A program made the position numbers and the translations under genes. 64,000 nucleotides of DNA, taken from NCBI GenBank assembly GCA_910584525.1, contig CAJUAT010000005.1:5023-69022 (forward strand), read 5' to 3'. This document shows positions 19,750 through 31,806 of this stretch, piece by piece. The notes below the pieces were generated by a model. The model worked only from the letters and a program-made list of their open reading frames with translations. It was not told the origin of the DNA and searched no databases. This DNA is from an uncultured Muribaculaceae bacterium. GTDB lineage: Bacteria > Bacteroidota > Bacteroidia > Bacteroidales > Muribaculaceae. Numbering within the stretch: position 1 is the stretch's first letter; every line of letters begins with the position of its first letter.

Positions 19750-20628
19750 TCAACGTTCCACCTGGCCTCCGAGGAGGTCAAGGAGTTCGGAGGTGATGTT
19801 CTGCTGGCGCAGCTTGTTGTATTCGAGCTGCAGTTCGTCGCGTAGCTTCTGGGCATTGTCGTTGGCCGTCTGCATCGCTATGACGCGTGCCGCCTGTTCC
19901 GATGCCCGGTTCTCTATCGTGATCTCCTGCATCGTCGACAATACGAACATCGGCAACACCTCGTTGAAAATGCTGTTGGGATCCGGCTCGAATATGTACA
20001 GCTGGTTTTCGTCCGCGATCCTGTCGGCACCCGTTATGGCATCCTGGCTCACAGGGAACAGTCTGTCCATAGTCAGCACCTGGCGACTCATCGACTTGTA
20101 GTTCATGTATACCACGTCCACCATGTCGAGTTCGCCGCTGATGAACTTGTCGCGCAGTCTGTGGGTGAACCTGTTGACGGCCTCACCCGACATCTTGCTG
20201 TCGACGCCATCCTCCACTATCACCTCCACGTCGTCAAGGTTTCTGACGGCCTTGGCGATTTTCTCGCCTACGGGATATACCGTGACCTTCACACCGGGGT
20301 TCTCCCGGCGTATCTCATCGAGTTTGAGCAGCAGACCCTTGAAGATGTTTATGTTGTAAGCGCCGCAGAGGCCATCGTCGGAGCCGTAGACCACCACGGC
20401 CGCCGTATGTACCTCACGCGTCTCTATGAGAGGCGAGCGGAAGTCCTCCTCTGTGCCGAGTATATGGCCCATGATTTCCGTCAGCTTTGCCCTGAAAGGC
20501 TGCAGCTGACGCAATTGCTGCTCGTTCTGATGCACCTTCGCCGACGATATCATCTTCATGGCTCCCGTGATCTTCTCCGTGGAGGCCACCGACCCGATGC
20601 GTGTCTTCAGTTCCCTTAGCGTTGCCAT
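19750..20628 (-). CDS. atpG: ATP synthase F1 gamma subunit
   Basis: KITGAMKMISSAK, GLCGAYN, ASEQAARVIAM, YNKLRQQNITSEL. Confidence 0.97.
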   Translation of the reverse strand: MATLRELKTRIGSVASTEKITGAMKMISSAKVHQNEQQLRQLQPFRAKLTEIMGHILGTEEDFRSPLIETREVHTAAVVVYGSDDGLCGAYNINIFKGLLLKLDEIRRENPGVKVTVYPVGEKIAKAVRNLDDVEVIVEDGVDSKMSGEAVNRFTHRLRDKFISGELDMVDVVYMNYKSMSRQVLTMDRLFPVSQDAITGADRIADENQLYIFEPDPNSIFNEVLPMFVLSTMQEITIENRASEQAARVIAMQTANDNAQKLRDELQLEYNKLRQQNITSELLDLLGGQVER

Positions 20629-20668
20629 TGCGAATATCTGTTAAGACAGGGCCCGGAGGCCCCGCCGT

Positions 20669-22252
20669 TTATTTTCCATTTGATATGCTGTCGGCGGTCT
20701 CCTTGGCCGTGGCGGTCAGTAGCTGTTCCACCTCCGGCGTGAGCTTGCCGCTCTTCAATACGTCGAGCACCTCCTTGCGGTACTTCATCTCCAGTGCCTG
20801 CAGGAACTGCGTCTGGAAGTCAGCCACCTTGTCGAGGTCAACATTCTCCAGGAGTCCGTTGACACCGGCATAAATCACCGCCACCTGATTCTCCACAGGC
20901 CAGGGATGATACTGCGGCTGGCAAAGTATGCGCTGGTTCTTGCGGCCTCTGTCGATCACGCGTGCCGTCACAGGGTCGATGTCGCCGCCGAACTTCGTGA
21001 ACGATTCCAGCTCGCGGTACTGTGCCTGGTCGGTCTTCAGCGTACCGGCAACCTTCTTCATACACTTGATCTGGGCGCTGCCGCCCACACGCGACACGGA
21101 TATACCCACGTTGATGGCCGGACGGATACCCTGGTTGAACAGCGAGGTCTCCAGGAATATCTGGCCGTCGGTGATGGAGATGACGTTGGTAGGGATATAT
21201 GCCGACACGTCACCGGCCTGGGTCTCGATGATGGGAAGAGCCGTCAGCGAGCCGCCACCCTTGACCATAGGCTTCATAACCTCGGGAAGGTCGTTCATCT
21301 TCTCGGCCACTTTCTGGTCGGAGATGATACGGGCGGCACGTTCCAGCAGACGCGAATGCAGGTAGAAGATATCGCCGGGGTAAGCCTCGCGGCCCGAAGG
21401 GCGCTTGAGGATCAGCGACACTTCACGGTAAGCCACGGCCTGCTTGGAGAGGTCATCGTAAACGATAAGCGCGTCGCGCCCCGAGTCACGGAAATATTCG
21501 CCGATGGCTACTCCCGAGAAAGGCGCGAAATAACGCATCGACGCCGACTCCGAAGCACTCGCCGATACAACCACCGTGTAAGGCATGGCGCCGAACTTCT
21601 CCAGCGTGTTGACGATGGATGCCACCGTGGAGGCCTTCTGGCCTATCGCAACATATATACAGTACACCGGTTTGCCGGCATCATAGTTCTGCTTCTGGTT
21701 GATTATGGTGTCGATGGCTATTGCGGTCTTACCAGTCTGACGGTCGCCGATGATAAGCTCTCGCTGTCCGCGGCCAATAGGAATCATCGAGTCGACAGCC
21801 TTGAGGCCGGTCTGCAGCGGGGTGGTTACCGGCTGACGGAATATGACGCCGGGGGCCTTGCGCTCGAGAGGCATGCGTATGCGCTTCCCCTCGATGGGTC
21901 CTTTGCCGTCGATAGGCTCGCCGAGCATGTTCACGACGCGACCGAGAAGACCCTCGCCTACCGGTATCGACGCCACTTCGCCCGTACGCTTCACCGACAT
22001 GTTCTCGGTGATGCTGTTAACCTTGTCGAGAAGCACTACGCCCACATTGCTCTCCTCAAGGTTGAGGGCCACGCCTTTGGCTCCGTTCTCGAACTCCACA
22101 AGCTCATTGCTCCTTACATTCTCAAGACCATAGACATGAGCCACACCGTCGCCGGCATTCAGCACCGTGCCTACTTCCTCGAATTTTATCTTTGAATTGA
22201 TGTTCTCAAGCTCTTGCTTCAGTACATCGGATATTTCACTGGGATTAAGCAT
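20669..22252 (-). CDS. atpA: ATP synthase F1 alpha subunit
   Basis: [31 protein letters not shown]. Confidence 0.98.
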   Translation of the reverse strand: MLNPSEISDVLKQELENINSKIKFEEVGTVLNAGDGVAHVYGLENVRSNELVEFENGAKGVALNLEESNVGVVLLDKVNSITENMSVKRTGEVASIPVGEGLLGRVVNMLGEPIDGKGPIEGKRIRMPLERKAPGVIFRQPVTTPLQTGLKAVDSMIPIGRGQRELIIGDRQTGKTAIAIDTIINQKQNYDAGKPVYCIYVAIGQKASTVASIVNTLEKFGAMPYTVVVSASASESASMRYFAPFSGVAIGEYFRDSGRDALIVYDDLSKQAVAYREVSLILKRPSGREAYPGDIFYLHSRLLERAARIISDQKVAEKMNDLPEVMKPMVKGGGSLTALPIIETQAGDVSAYIPTNVISITDGQIFLETSLFNQGIRPAINVGISVSRVGGSAQIKCMKKVAGTLKTDQAQYRELESFTKFGGDIDPVTARVIDRGRKNQRILCQPQYHPWPVENQVAVIYAGVNGLLENVDLDKVADFQTQFLQALEMKYRKEVLDVLKSGKLTPEVEQLLTATAKETADSISNGK

Positions 22253-22255
22253 TGT

Positions 22256-22801
22256 TTAATTGCCTGTTAAGAGGTTTTGTCGTAATTGTTCGAGTTCGCC
22301 GCTTATGGAAGCGTCGAGACGCGTGGAATCCACGTCGATGATGAAACCGCCGATGATGTCGGGGTTCACTTCGCGGCTATACTCGAAGCTGGTGTTCCGG
22401 TAGCAGTCCTCCACCACCTTGTGCAGTCGTTTCATCTCGGTGTCGTCCATTTCGACAGCCGTGGTGACACGCACCTGCGAGATATTGTTTTCCTTACGGT
22501 AAATGTCGCGGTAAGCGAGTGCCATCAAGAAGAAGAACTCCTCCCTGTTATGGTCGAGCACAAGAGTCACGAACCGGGCATAGGCGTCATCGGCGCCGGC
22601 GCCGGCGGCAGCCATCAGCAGCTTCCGCTTGTCGGCAACCGACACAAACGGATTGGAAACCGCCTTCTCCAGCTCCTTGTCGGCCATAAAGGCTTCAGTC
22701 ACTTTCTTCATATAGCCGTATATGCTCTCGGCACTTTTGGTCTCCACGGCATATTTGTAGAGAGCCTTGGCATAACGGTGGGGTATCAGTCCGGAAATCA
22801 T
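22256..22801 (-). CDS. atpH: ATP synthase delta subunit
   Basis: RYAKALY, IIGGFII, LDASI. Confidence 0.93.
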   Translation of the reverse strand: MISGLIPHRYAKALYKYAVETKSAESIYGYMKKVTEAFMADKELEKAVSNPFVSVADKRKLLMAAAGAGADDAYARFVTLVLDHNREEFFFLMALAYRDIYRKENNISQVRVTTAVEMDDTEMKRLHKVVEDCYRNTSFEYSREVNPDIIGGFIIDVDSTRLDASISGELEQLRQNLLTGN

Positions 22802-22805
22802 GGCC

Positions 22806-23300
22806 TCAGTTCTTTTCTATTTCATCCAACAACTTATTGACCAGCTGAGTCTGAGCCTTGTCGCTCTTCATCTGCGTCCTCATCATTTTCTCGGCAATTT
22901 CGATAGAGAATTTACCTACTTCGTTGCGGAGCTGGGATTCGGCTTCTTTACGGGCCTGGTCTATGGCGACTTTGGCGACGTCCATTTCGCGCTGAGCGGC
23001 TACGGATGCCTCCTTGCGGGCCTGCTCTATAATCTCTGTCTTCATTTTGGCGGCCTCGCGGAGCATCTCCTGCTGACGCGCCTGTGCCTCGCGCATGTAT
23101 TTGTCGGCTTCGGCACGCGCGTTTTCCAGCTGCTCCCTGGCCTCACGGGCATTCTCTACTCCCTCGTCGATCGTCGAGGCCCGCTTGTCCATCATCTTGA
23201 TGATTACCGGCCAACCCCATTTCGCCAATACCAGGAACAACAGGATGAACGCTACGAACATCCAGAATATAAGCCCGAAGTCAGGCGTAAATAATTCCAT
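22806..23300 (-). CDS. atpF: ATP synthase Fo b subunit
   Basis: PDFGLIFW, a single TM helix, then a long coiled coil. Confidence 0.95.
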   Translation of the reverse strand: MELFTPDFGLIFWMFVAFILLFLVLAKWGWPVIIKMMDKRASTIDEGVENAREAREQLENARAEADKYMREAQARQQEMLREAAKMKTEIIEQARKEASVAAQREMDVAKVAIDQARKEAESQLRNEVGKFSIEIAEKMMRTQMKSDKAQTQLVNKLLDEIEKN

Positions 23301-23328
23301 TGTCTCTTCTTTTAGGGTTGATTAATAT

Positions 23329-23355
23329 CCCTGTCCGGCACGAGGCCGGACAGGG
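23329..23355. promoter_or_regulatory. Intercistronic hairpin after atpE (likely differential mRNA stability)
   Basis: CCCTGTCCGGC-ACGAG-GCCGGACAGGG. Confidence 0.55.
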
Positions 23356-23367
23356 TCTGTTCCGGTT

Positions 23368-23670
<303 letters not shown>

Positions 23671-23696
23671 TTAATGTTTATTTTTTTATTGTTTTT

Positions 23697-25067
23697 TCAA
23701 ATTTTATCTATCTGAGCCGCCTCTTTGGCAAGAAGTCTATGCTCCTCTTCGGCTTCCTTGTCCTTATGCTCCTCATGTTCCTCATGCTGCTGGGCCATGG
23801 CTATGAACAATGCCGACAGCAGCGTGAACACGTAAGCCTGGATAAACGACACCAGCACATCCAGCGCCAGCATGAACACCGTGAACAATACCGATATCAC
23901 GGCAGTCCCGCCGGCAACCGCGGCTCCGAAGGCCGCGAAGATGAAAATCAGAAGCGTCAGCGTGATCACGATCATGTGACCGCCCATCATGTTGGCGAAG
24001 AGTCGCACGGCCAATGCCGCCGGCTTCGTGAAGATGCCGAATATCTCTATGCACTGCATGATAGGCAGAGGAAACTTCAGCCAGATGGGCACATCGGGCC
24101 AGAATATCTCCTTCCAGTAGTGCTTGTTGCCCAGAATGTTGGTGAGCAGGAACGTGCACACGGCCAGCACCAGAGTCACGGCGATGTTGCCCGTAAGATT
24201 GGCGCCGCCAGGGAATATCACTATAAGTCCCAGCAGGTTCATCGTCAGGATGAAGAAGAAGGCTGTGAGCAGGTAAGGAGCGAATTTCCTGGTGTTATCC
24301 CCCAAGGTAGGCTTGATGGTGTCGTAATATACGAAACCCACCAGCATCTCGAAGAATCCCATCCCCTTGCGCGGTGCCCTCATTCCTCTGCGGCGGTAAT
24401 ACCCCGTGAGTCCGAACACCATGGCCAGAACAACGGCCACCGATATGAAGAGAGCCAGCACATTCTTGGTTATCGAAAGGTCCAGCGGACGGTATTCCCT
24501 GTAATAAGTGCCCGGTTTCTGCAGGTGTCCGTCTACTACGCTTTCCACGCATACATAACCGTCTATTACAGGTTCAGCCTCATACATCCCCTCTTTGGCG
24601 GGGGTGGCTTTGGCCACTTCGGCGTCCACCTTCTTACGGTCTTCCGGCGAAAGGTCGAAAATCTCCACCACCTTGTCCTTGTGGCTGCTTACCTTGGCTA
24701 TGACGAAGCGGTAGGTCTTGCCGTCACGCTCGCATACCTTTACCACAGGCACCACATTATGGTGTATCTTCCCGCCGACAGTATCATTTACCATCTTGGT
24801 GAGGTCGGCGCTTGAGAAGGCGAACCATTTGCCATCCTCAGCCCTGACTATCACCGGAAGCGGAATGCGCTGCGTGTGGGAGAAGGGAACTTCCCAGCCA
24901 TAGCCATCGCCGAGATGCTCAAAGATGATATCCTTGACATCCAGCTTTTCCTCCTGCTGTTCGGTTTTTTCCGCCGGGCCCTCCTCCGACTTGGAATTGT
25001 CGGAGCATCCCCAGCTTCCCAGCATCACCGCGATTGTCAGCAGTATGACTTGTATTTGTCTGTACAT
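23697..25067 (-). CDS. atpB: ATP synthase Fo a subunit with long N-terminal soluble extension
   Basis: SITKNV, NLTGNIAVT, KPAALAVRLFANMMGGH, IQAYVFTLLS. Confidence 0.96.
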   Translation of the reverse strand: MYRQIQVILLTIAVMLGSWGCSDNSKSEEGPAEKTEQQEEKLDVKDIIFEHLGDGYGWEVPFSHTQRIPLPVIVRAEDGKWFAFSSADLTKMVNDTVGGKIHHNVVPVVKVCERDGKTYRFVIAKVSSHKDKVVEIFDLSPEDRKKVDAEVAKATPAKEGMYEAEPVIDGYVCVESVVDGHLQKPGTYYREYRPLDLSITKNVLALFISVAVVLAMVFGLTGYYRRRGMRAPRKGMGFFEMLVGFVYYDTIKPTLGDNTRKFAPYLLTAFFFILTMNLLGLIVIFPGGANLTGNIAVTLVLAVCTFLLTNILGNKHYWKEIFWPDVPIWLKFPLPIMQCIEIFGIFTKPAALAVRLFANMMGGHMIVITLTLLIFIFAAFGAAVAGGTAVISVLFTVFMLALDVLVSFIQAYVFTLLSALFIAMAQQHEEHEEHKDKEAEEEHRLLAKEAAQIDKI

Positions 25068-25088
25068 CTTCTGGTAGTTTGTACCGGC

Positions 25089-25325
25089 TTAATAGGCTAA
25101 GACGGAGATTTTGTTGTCGTTGACGTCGGCAATGCCGCCGTTGATTTCCATATCATGGCTTTCGCCGTCGGGCGTAAGGTAATGCACCGGACCCTTTACG
25201 AGCACCGATATCAGCGGTGCATGGTTGCGGAGCACCGTGAACGAACCGAGTTTTCCCGGCAACGTCACCAGCGTGACTTCGCCGGTGAAGGTCACTTCAT
25301 GTGCCGATATTATCTCAAGGGTCAT
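25089..25325 (-). CDS. atpC: ATP synthase epsilon subunit (N-terminal beta domain only)
   Basis: VTLPGKLGSFTVLRNHAPLIS; 78 aa. Confidence 0.93.
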   Translation of the reverse strand: MTLEIISAHEVTFTGEVTLVTLPGKLGSFTVLRNHAPLISVLVKGPVHYLTPDGESHDMEINGGIADVNDNKISVLAY

Positions 25326-25333
25326 ATGCCGTA

Positions 25334-26860
<1,527 letters not shown>

Positions 26861-26881
26861 TTAAATATGACTCTCCACCAG

Positions 26882-27979
26882 TCAGAAATGCCATCCGAAA
26901 GCCACGAACACTGCCATCAACAGCAGATTGGCCAACGCGAAAGGCATGAGGTATTTCCATTCGAACGCAATCAGCTGGTCGATACGCACACGCGGGAACG
27001 TCCACTTGAACCATATGATCACATAGCTTATGAAGAAGGCCTTTGCGAGGAACCACACAATGCCGGGGATATAATTCATGATATCGTTGAAGCCGTCCCA
27101 GCCGGGGATATGCAGCGGCATCCATCCTCCCAGGAACATCAGGCTGGCTATACCCGACACGATGAACAGGTTGAGGTATTCGGCAAGATAGAAGAAACCG
27201 AAATGAATACCGGAATACTCTGTATGGTAACCTGCGGTAAGCTCATGCTCGGCCTCGGGGAGGTCGAAGGGTCCGCGGTTGGTCTCGGCGGTAGCCGCCA
27301 CTATGTATATCAGGAAGGCGATGATTGCGGGCACATGACCCTTGAAGAGGAACCATGCGTCGGTCTGCGCCGTCACCAGGTCGCTGATTTTCATGGGATG
27401 AATGTCGGGGTTGCTGCCGGCGAGCACCACTATGGCCATCAGGGCGAGACCCAGCGAAATCTCATAGCTTATCATCTGGGCGCCGCTACGCATGGCGCCG
27501 ATAAGGGTATACTTGTTATTGGATGCCCAGCCTGCCAGCAATATGCCCAGCACGCCTACGGAGCTGACCGCCAGCACGAAGAAGATACCGATATTCCAGT
27601 CGATGATCTGCAGTCCGTTGCCCCACGGCAGACACGCCAGCATCACTACCGAAGCCGTAATCACCAGATAAGGGGCAAGCTTGAAGAGGAACCGGTCGGT
27701 ACCCTTGAGGCATATCAGCTCCTTGATAAGTATCTTGAACATGTCGGCGAAGACCTGCAGCAGACCCCATGGTCCTACGCGCATAGGTCCCAGTCGACAC
27801 TGGAAATAGGCGCAAAGTTTTCGCTCGTACAATATATAGAACAGCGCCAGCACTGTGTAGGTGAGCAGTATCAGCACACCGATTATTACGCATTCTATGA
27901 GGACTGCCAGCCAGTCGGCCATGCCGAGGCCCAGCAACCAGTCATTGAAGCACGCTGTCCATTTGCCAAAGTCAAACAT
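26882..27979 (-). CDS. nuoH: NADH-quinone oxidoreductase subunit H
   Basis: ERKL...QCRLGP, AQMISYE, ETNRGPFDLPEAEHEL, PRVRIDQL. Confidence 0.96.
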   Translation of the reverse strand: MFDFGKWTACFNDWLLGLGMADWLAVLIECVIIGVLILLTYTVLALFYILYERKLCAYFQCRLGPMRVGPWGLLQVFADMFKILIKELICLKGTDRFLFKLAPYLVITASVVMLACLPWGNGLQIIDWNIGIFFVLAVSSVGVLGILLAGWASNNKYTLIGAMRSGAQMISYEISLGLALMAIVVLAGSNPDIHPMKISDLVTAQTDAWFLFKGHVPAIIAFLIYIVAATAETNRGPFDLPEAEHELTAGYHTEYSGIHFGFFYLAEYLNLFIVSGIASLMFLGGWMPLHIPGWDGFNDIMNYIPGIVWFLAKAFFISYVIIWFKWTFPRVRIDQLIAFEWKYLMPFALANLLLMAVFVAFGWHF

Positions 27980-28010
27980 ATCTTGTCTCGTTGTTATTGT
28001 CTAAACTTAA

Positions 28011-29642
28011 TTAACGGTCGATATCGGGAATCACGAAGTCGAGAGCCGCGCCGATGGTTATAAGGTCGGCGATCATATACCCCGAGCATGTGAGGTCCAT
28101 GACACCCACGAGGTTGAAGCAGGGGCTCTGGAAATGTACCCTGTACGGATTCTTGGAGCCGTCGCTCTCGATATATACTCCGAAAGCACCTCTTGAGGCC
28201 TCCACCTGCTGGTACCAGCGTCCTGCCGGCAGCTTGATGAGCTTCGGCACCTGTGCACGGATATCTCCCTCAGGTATATTGTCGACAAGCTGCTCCAGGA
28301 TGCGGCAGCTCTGCTCTATCTCCTTCATCCTCACCATGTAGCGGCTGTAGGAGTCGCAGCCGTCAAGAAGCACCTCGTCGAAGTCGAGCTCCGAATATAT
28401 GCTGTAAGGATGTTTCTTGCGGGTATCGTTGCTCCAGTTGCTGCCTCGGCCGCTCGGGCCGGTGATGTCGTAGTTTATGGCATCCTCCTTGCTGAGGTGT
28501 CCCACTCCTACCAACCGGTTGCGGGCTATGATGTTGCCGGAGAATACCTTGTGGTATTCCTTGAGCCTGTCGGGCATGATCTCCAGCAGATGCTTCACAT
28601 CCTTGCAGAAATCGGGATGCAGGTCGGCTATCACGCCGCCAATCACGTTATAGTTCATCGACATGCGTGCTCCGCAGGTCTTCTCGAAGATATCGAGCAC
28701 CATCTCGCGCTCGCGGAATCCGTAGAAGAATGCGGTGGTGGCACCGAGGTCCATGGCCGTACAGCCGAACGACAGCAGATGCGACGATATACGCATGAGC
28801 TCGTCCATCATCACGCGGATCACCTCGGCCCGACGGGGCACCTCTATGCCCAACGCCTTCTCGATGCACATGCACAGACAGTGACGGTTCTGATGTGCCG
28901 ACATATAATCCATACGGTCGGTGAAATGCAGAATCTGCGGATAGGTCATCCCTTCGCAGAGTTTCTCGATGCCTCGGTGTATATATCCCGACACCACGTC
29001 TACCTTGTTGACCTTCTCGCCGTCGATGGCGGCGCGGAAACGCATCACGCCATGGGTCGAAGGGTGCTGCGGCCCTATGTTGACAACATAGTCGTTCTCC
29101 TCGAACACCTTGCCCGGCACTTCCTTAACCTTGCCGTTCTCCAGCTTGTAGCTGCGCGTGTCGTCCTCGTTGATCTCATCCTCCATCCTGATGGGGTTGA
29201 GCTCCGGGTTGGCGTCATAATCCTTGCGCAAGGGGTGGCCCACCCAGTCATTGCGCAAAAAGAACCGACGCATGTCGGGATGGTCTATGAACTTGATGCC
29301 GTACATGTCGTAGACTTCGCGTTCCTGGAAATTGGCCACCTTCCACAGGTCGGTTACAGAATGTATATAAGCGTTGTCGCGGTCGCCGGAGGCAGTCACT
29401 TTTACGGCGAGCATCTCCCAGTCGTGAGTGGTGGAGGTCAGGTAGTATACCACGCCGAGCTCCTCTTTCCAGTCCATGCCCACCACGGCCGTCAACACGT
29501 CGAATCCGAGCTTGGGGTCGTTCTTGAGCTTGCCGGCAAAATCATGCCAGTCGGCCTCCTTGACAGTGACCAGAAGACATTCGCCTTCCTCGAACTCCGC
29601 CGCCGGATAAATCTTCTTGATATTTTCTTGTAATTGGCTCAT
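28011..29642 (-). CDS. nuoCD: NADH-quinone oxidoreductase subunit C/D fusion
   Basis: EREVYDMYGI, GHPLRKD, NIGPQHPSTHGV, GYIHRGIEK, C-terminal DIDR. Confidence 0.96.
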   Translation of the reverse strand: MSQLQENIKKIYPAAEFEEGECLLVTVKEADWHDFAGKLKNDPKLGFDVLTAVVGMDWKEELGVVYYLTSTTHDWEMLAVKVTASGDRDNAYIHSVTDLWKVANFQEREVYDMYGIKFIDHPDMRRFFLRNDWVGHPLRKDYDANPELNPIRMEDEINEDDTRSYKLENGKVKEVPGKVFEENDYVVNIGPQHPSTHGVMRFRAAIDGEKVNKVDVVSGYIHRGIEKLCEGMTYPQILHFTDRMDYMSAHQNRHCLCMCIEKALGIEVPRRAEVIRVMMDELMRISSHLLSFGCTAMDLGATTAFFYGFREREMVLDIFEKTCGARMSMNYNVIGGVIADLHPDFCKDVKHLLEIMPDRLKEYHKVFSGNIIARNRLVGVGHLSKEDAINYDITGPSGRGSNWSNDTRKKHPYSIYSELDFDEVLLDGCDSYSRYMVRMKEIEQSCRILEQLVDNIPEGDIRAQVPKLIKLPAGRWYQQVEASRGAFGVYIESDGSKNPYRVHFQSPCFNLVGVMDLTCSGYMIADLITIGAALDFVIPDIDR

Positions 29643-29659
29643 AATTGTCTATGCGAAAG

Positions 29660-30274
29660 TTATCCGATCTGCCCCTTTTCCTCGGGATGTTCGGCGAAGA
29701 ACTCCTCGATTTTCTCCTTTCTGTTGGCGCCGCCGAAGAATTTCTCCACCTTGATTTTGCGCTGGAGCTGCATAAGGCCATAGAACATTGCTTCGGGACG
29801 AGGCGGGCAACCGGGCACATAAACGTCGACCGGAAGGATTTTGTCCACGCCGGGCAACACGCAATATGAATTTTTGAAAGGGCCGCCTGATACGGCGCAG
29901 CCGCCGCAGGCTATCACGTACTTAGGCTCGGCGAGCTGCTCGTAAAGGCGTCGGAGCACGGGAGCCATACGATGCACTATCGTGCCCTGGACCATGATAT
30001 AATCGGCCTGTCGGGGAGAGTTGCGCGCCACCTCGAAGCCGAAACGGGCCATGTCGTAACGCGCCGCACCAAGACTCATGAACTCTATGGCACAGCACGA
30101 TGTGCCGAAGCACAACGGCCATAGGGAATTGGCTCGTCCCCAGTTAATCAATTCGTCGAATTTTCCTACCACTACATTGGCACCCGTCGCGTTAAGCTCT
30201 TCAACCAACTTGTCGATATACTCGTTGTTTTTGAAGTCTTCGCGCTTCATGCTCTTGATAGAGTCTATTCCCAT
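29660..30274 (-). CDS. nuoB: NADH-quinone oxidoreductase subunit B
   Basis: [30 protein letters not shown]. Confidence 0.97.
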   Translation of the reverse strand: MGIDSIKSMKREDFKNNEYIDKLVEELNATGANVVVGKFDELINWGRANSLWPLCFGTSCCAIEFMSLGAARYDMARFGFEVARNSPRQADYIMVQGTIVHRMAPVLRRLYEQLAEPKYVIACGGCAVSGGPFKNSYCVLPGVDKILPVDVYVPGCPPRPEAMFYGLMQLQRKIKVEKFFGGANRKEKIEEFFAEHPEEKGQIG

Positions 30275-30636
30275 TTCAACGCTCCTTTACGCCAGGCATA
30301 GGCCAGGCCCATGATCAATACAAACATAAAAATGCCGATACACAGCAGTCCTGCCGGTCCCATCCCCCCCATCACGGTGGCCCAGGGATACAGGAAAACT
30401 ACCTCGACATCAAACAACAGAAACAGTATGGCAATGATGTAATATCCCGCCTTGAACTGTATCATGGACGCACCACGCGTCGGTATGCCGCACTCGTAAG
30501 CCTCGCTCTTCTTGACGCTGTACGACCGCGGTGAAATCAATTTGGCAATCAGCAACGCCGCGAATACCAGCGCCACGCCCGTTATCAGTGCCGTGATGCT
30601 CAGTACGCCGTTACTGATGTTGCACATTAACTCCAT
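30265..30636 (-). CDS. nuoA: NADH-quinone oxidoreductase subunit A
   Basis: [29 protein letters not shown] at 30636 lies downstream of the promoter. Confidence 0.95.
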   Translation of the reverse strand: MELMCNISNGVLSITALITGVALVFAALLIAKLISPRSYSVKKSEAYECGIPTRGASMIQFKAGYYIIAILFLLFDVEVVFLYPWATVMGGMGPAGLLCIGIFMFVLIMGLAYAWRKGALKWE

Positions 30637-30713
30637 AATATGGTGTCTTTTGTTAATAGTTAGAAACGCACCGACAGGTGTGCACCTTATTGCACACTGC
30701 CCGTACTTTGGTG

Positions 30714-30745
30714 CAAAGTTACCCAAAATTTCCCAATACTACAAA
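30714..30745 (-). promoter_or_regulatory. sigmaA promoter of the nuo-atp operon
   Basis: TTTG (30745-30742), 20-nt spacer, TAACTTTG (30721-30714). Confidence 0.75.
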
Positions 30746-30757
30746 TAAAAATAGATT

Positions 30758-30789
30758 CGCCCTGTCCGGCTTGGCCGGGCAGGGCGTTC
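30758..30789. terminator. Terminator-like hairpin after the lipoprotein gene
   Basis: CGCCCTGTCCGGC-TTG-GCCGGGCAGGGCG. Confidence 0.6.
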
Positions 30790-30816
30790 TTATTACTGAG
30801 ATTCTGTATTGTAGGC

Positions 30817-31743
30817 TTATTTCTCCTGTACCGGATAGAGGAACATTCCCGAGGCTTCCCCTTCATAAATGCCGGCAACCTTGTAGCGGCAGGTCATCCC
30901 CTCCATGCCGGGGGTGCTAAGAAGCTTGAAGCTGTCGAAACGGAACCGCGTGTTGGGCGTATTCTCGGGCACCATCACCGGATCAACATTCTGCGCCGAT
31001 ATCTCGAAGCCCATAAGCGAGAACTTCAGTGGCAGGTCCTTCAGTACGAAGTTCACCGCCGGAGCCTTCTCGGCAAACTTGGCGTTGTAGAAGAATACAT
31101 CCGCCGTATAGTTGCCGGCTTTCGAAAGGTTCATCTTCACGCGGTAGGTGATATTTTCGTTCTCATAAGGACTGCCGTCGCCGGGATACTGCGTCATCGT
31201 CAGGCCGGTATAGAGCATGTCGGGCCAGAATGTCTTCACGTCGTATTCTCCCAAAGTATACTGCATGAAGGAATATCCTTTGTTGGCGGGCACGAGCAGC
31301 GGGTTTGCCTTCAGCTGGTTCTCCAGGCTGCCGATCAGCGTCTTGTTGTTGGCGTTGGTGCACTCCGTAAGGTCGCAGCGTAGTTTGGTCACGGGCGTGG
31401 GTGTGCCTCCCGCATCTGCCGCCTTCATGAACCGGAATGGATGTCCCTTCTCCTTGTCGATGCTGATGTTGTAACCGTAGATGAACGGTATCATGTCGGT
31501 CTGGAACTTCTGCACGCCGGTGCCTGTACTCAGATCCTCGGTGCTGATCTGGGTGGTCATGGCCGTAAGATTGCTGTAATACTTATAGGTGGTAGGGGCA
31601 ACCACCGGGGCGGCTCCCGATTTCGACACCAGCGAGTAAGTTTCTATCGTGATGGTCTGCGTGTTGATGGGCTCGCTCTCCTTGTTGCAGGAGGTCACGC
31701 CCATTATCAGTGCTCCGCAGGCGAGCAGTGCGATTTTCTTCAT
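30817..31743 (-). CDS. Hypothetical lipoprotein
   Basis: Lipobox MKKIALLACGALIMGVTSC; beta-rich mature region. Confidence 0.8.
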   Translation of the reverse strand: MKKIALLACGALIMGVTSCNKESEPINTQTITIETYSLVSKSGAAPVVAPTTYKYYSNLTAMTTQISTEDLSTGTGVQKFQTDMIPFIYGYNISIDKEKGHPFRFMKAADAGGTPTPVTKLRCDLTECTNANNKTLIGSLENQLKANPLLVPANKGYSFMQYTLGEYDVKTFWPDMLYTGLTMTQYPGDGSPYENENITYRVKMNLSKAGNYTADVFFYNAKFAEKAPAVNFVLKDLPLKFSLMGFEISAQNVDPVMVPENTPNTRFRFDSFKLLSTPGMEGMTCRYKVAGIYEGEASGMFLYPVQEK

Positions 31744-31806
31744 ATTCTCTTATTCTGTTTTATCATTAACGCTGTCGGTACCGCTATATTATGAATGGCT
31801 ACACTT

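Noticed and set aside
28011..29642. Energy-converting NiFe hydrogenase large subunit
   Set aside because: Both CxxC nickel-binding motifs are missing
30637..30726. N-terminal extensions in the ORF track (nuoA here; likewise ispE, the ECF sigma, the OMP at 45272 and the LRR protein at 5369)
   Set aside because: They overlap promoter elements or upstream genes; downstream starts fit the protein families better
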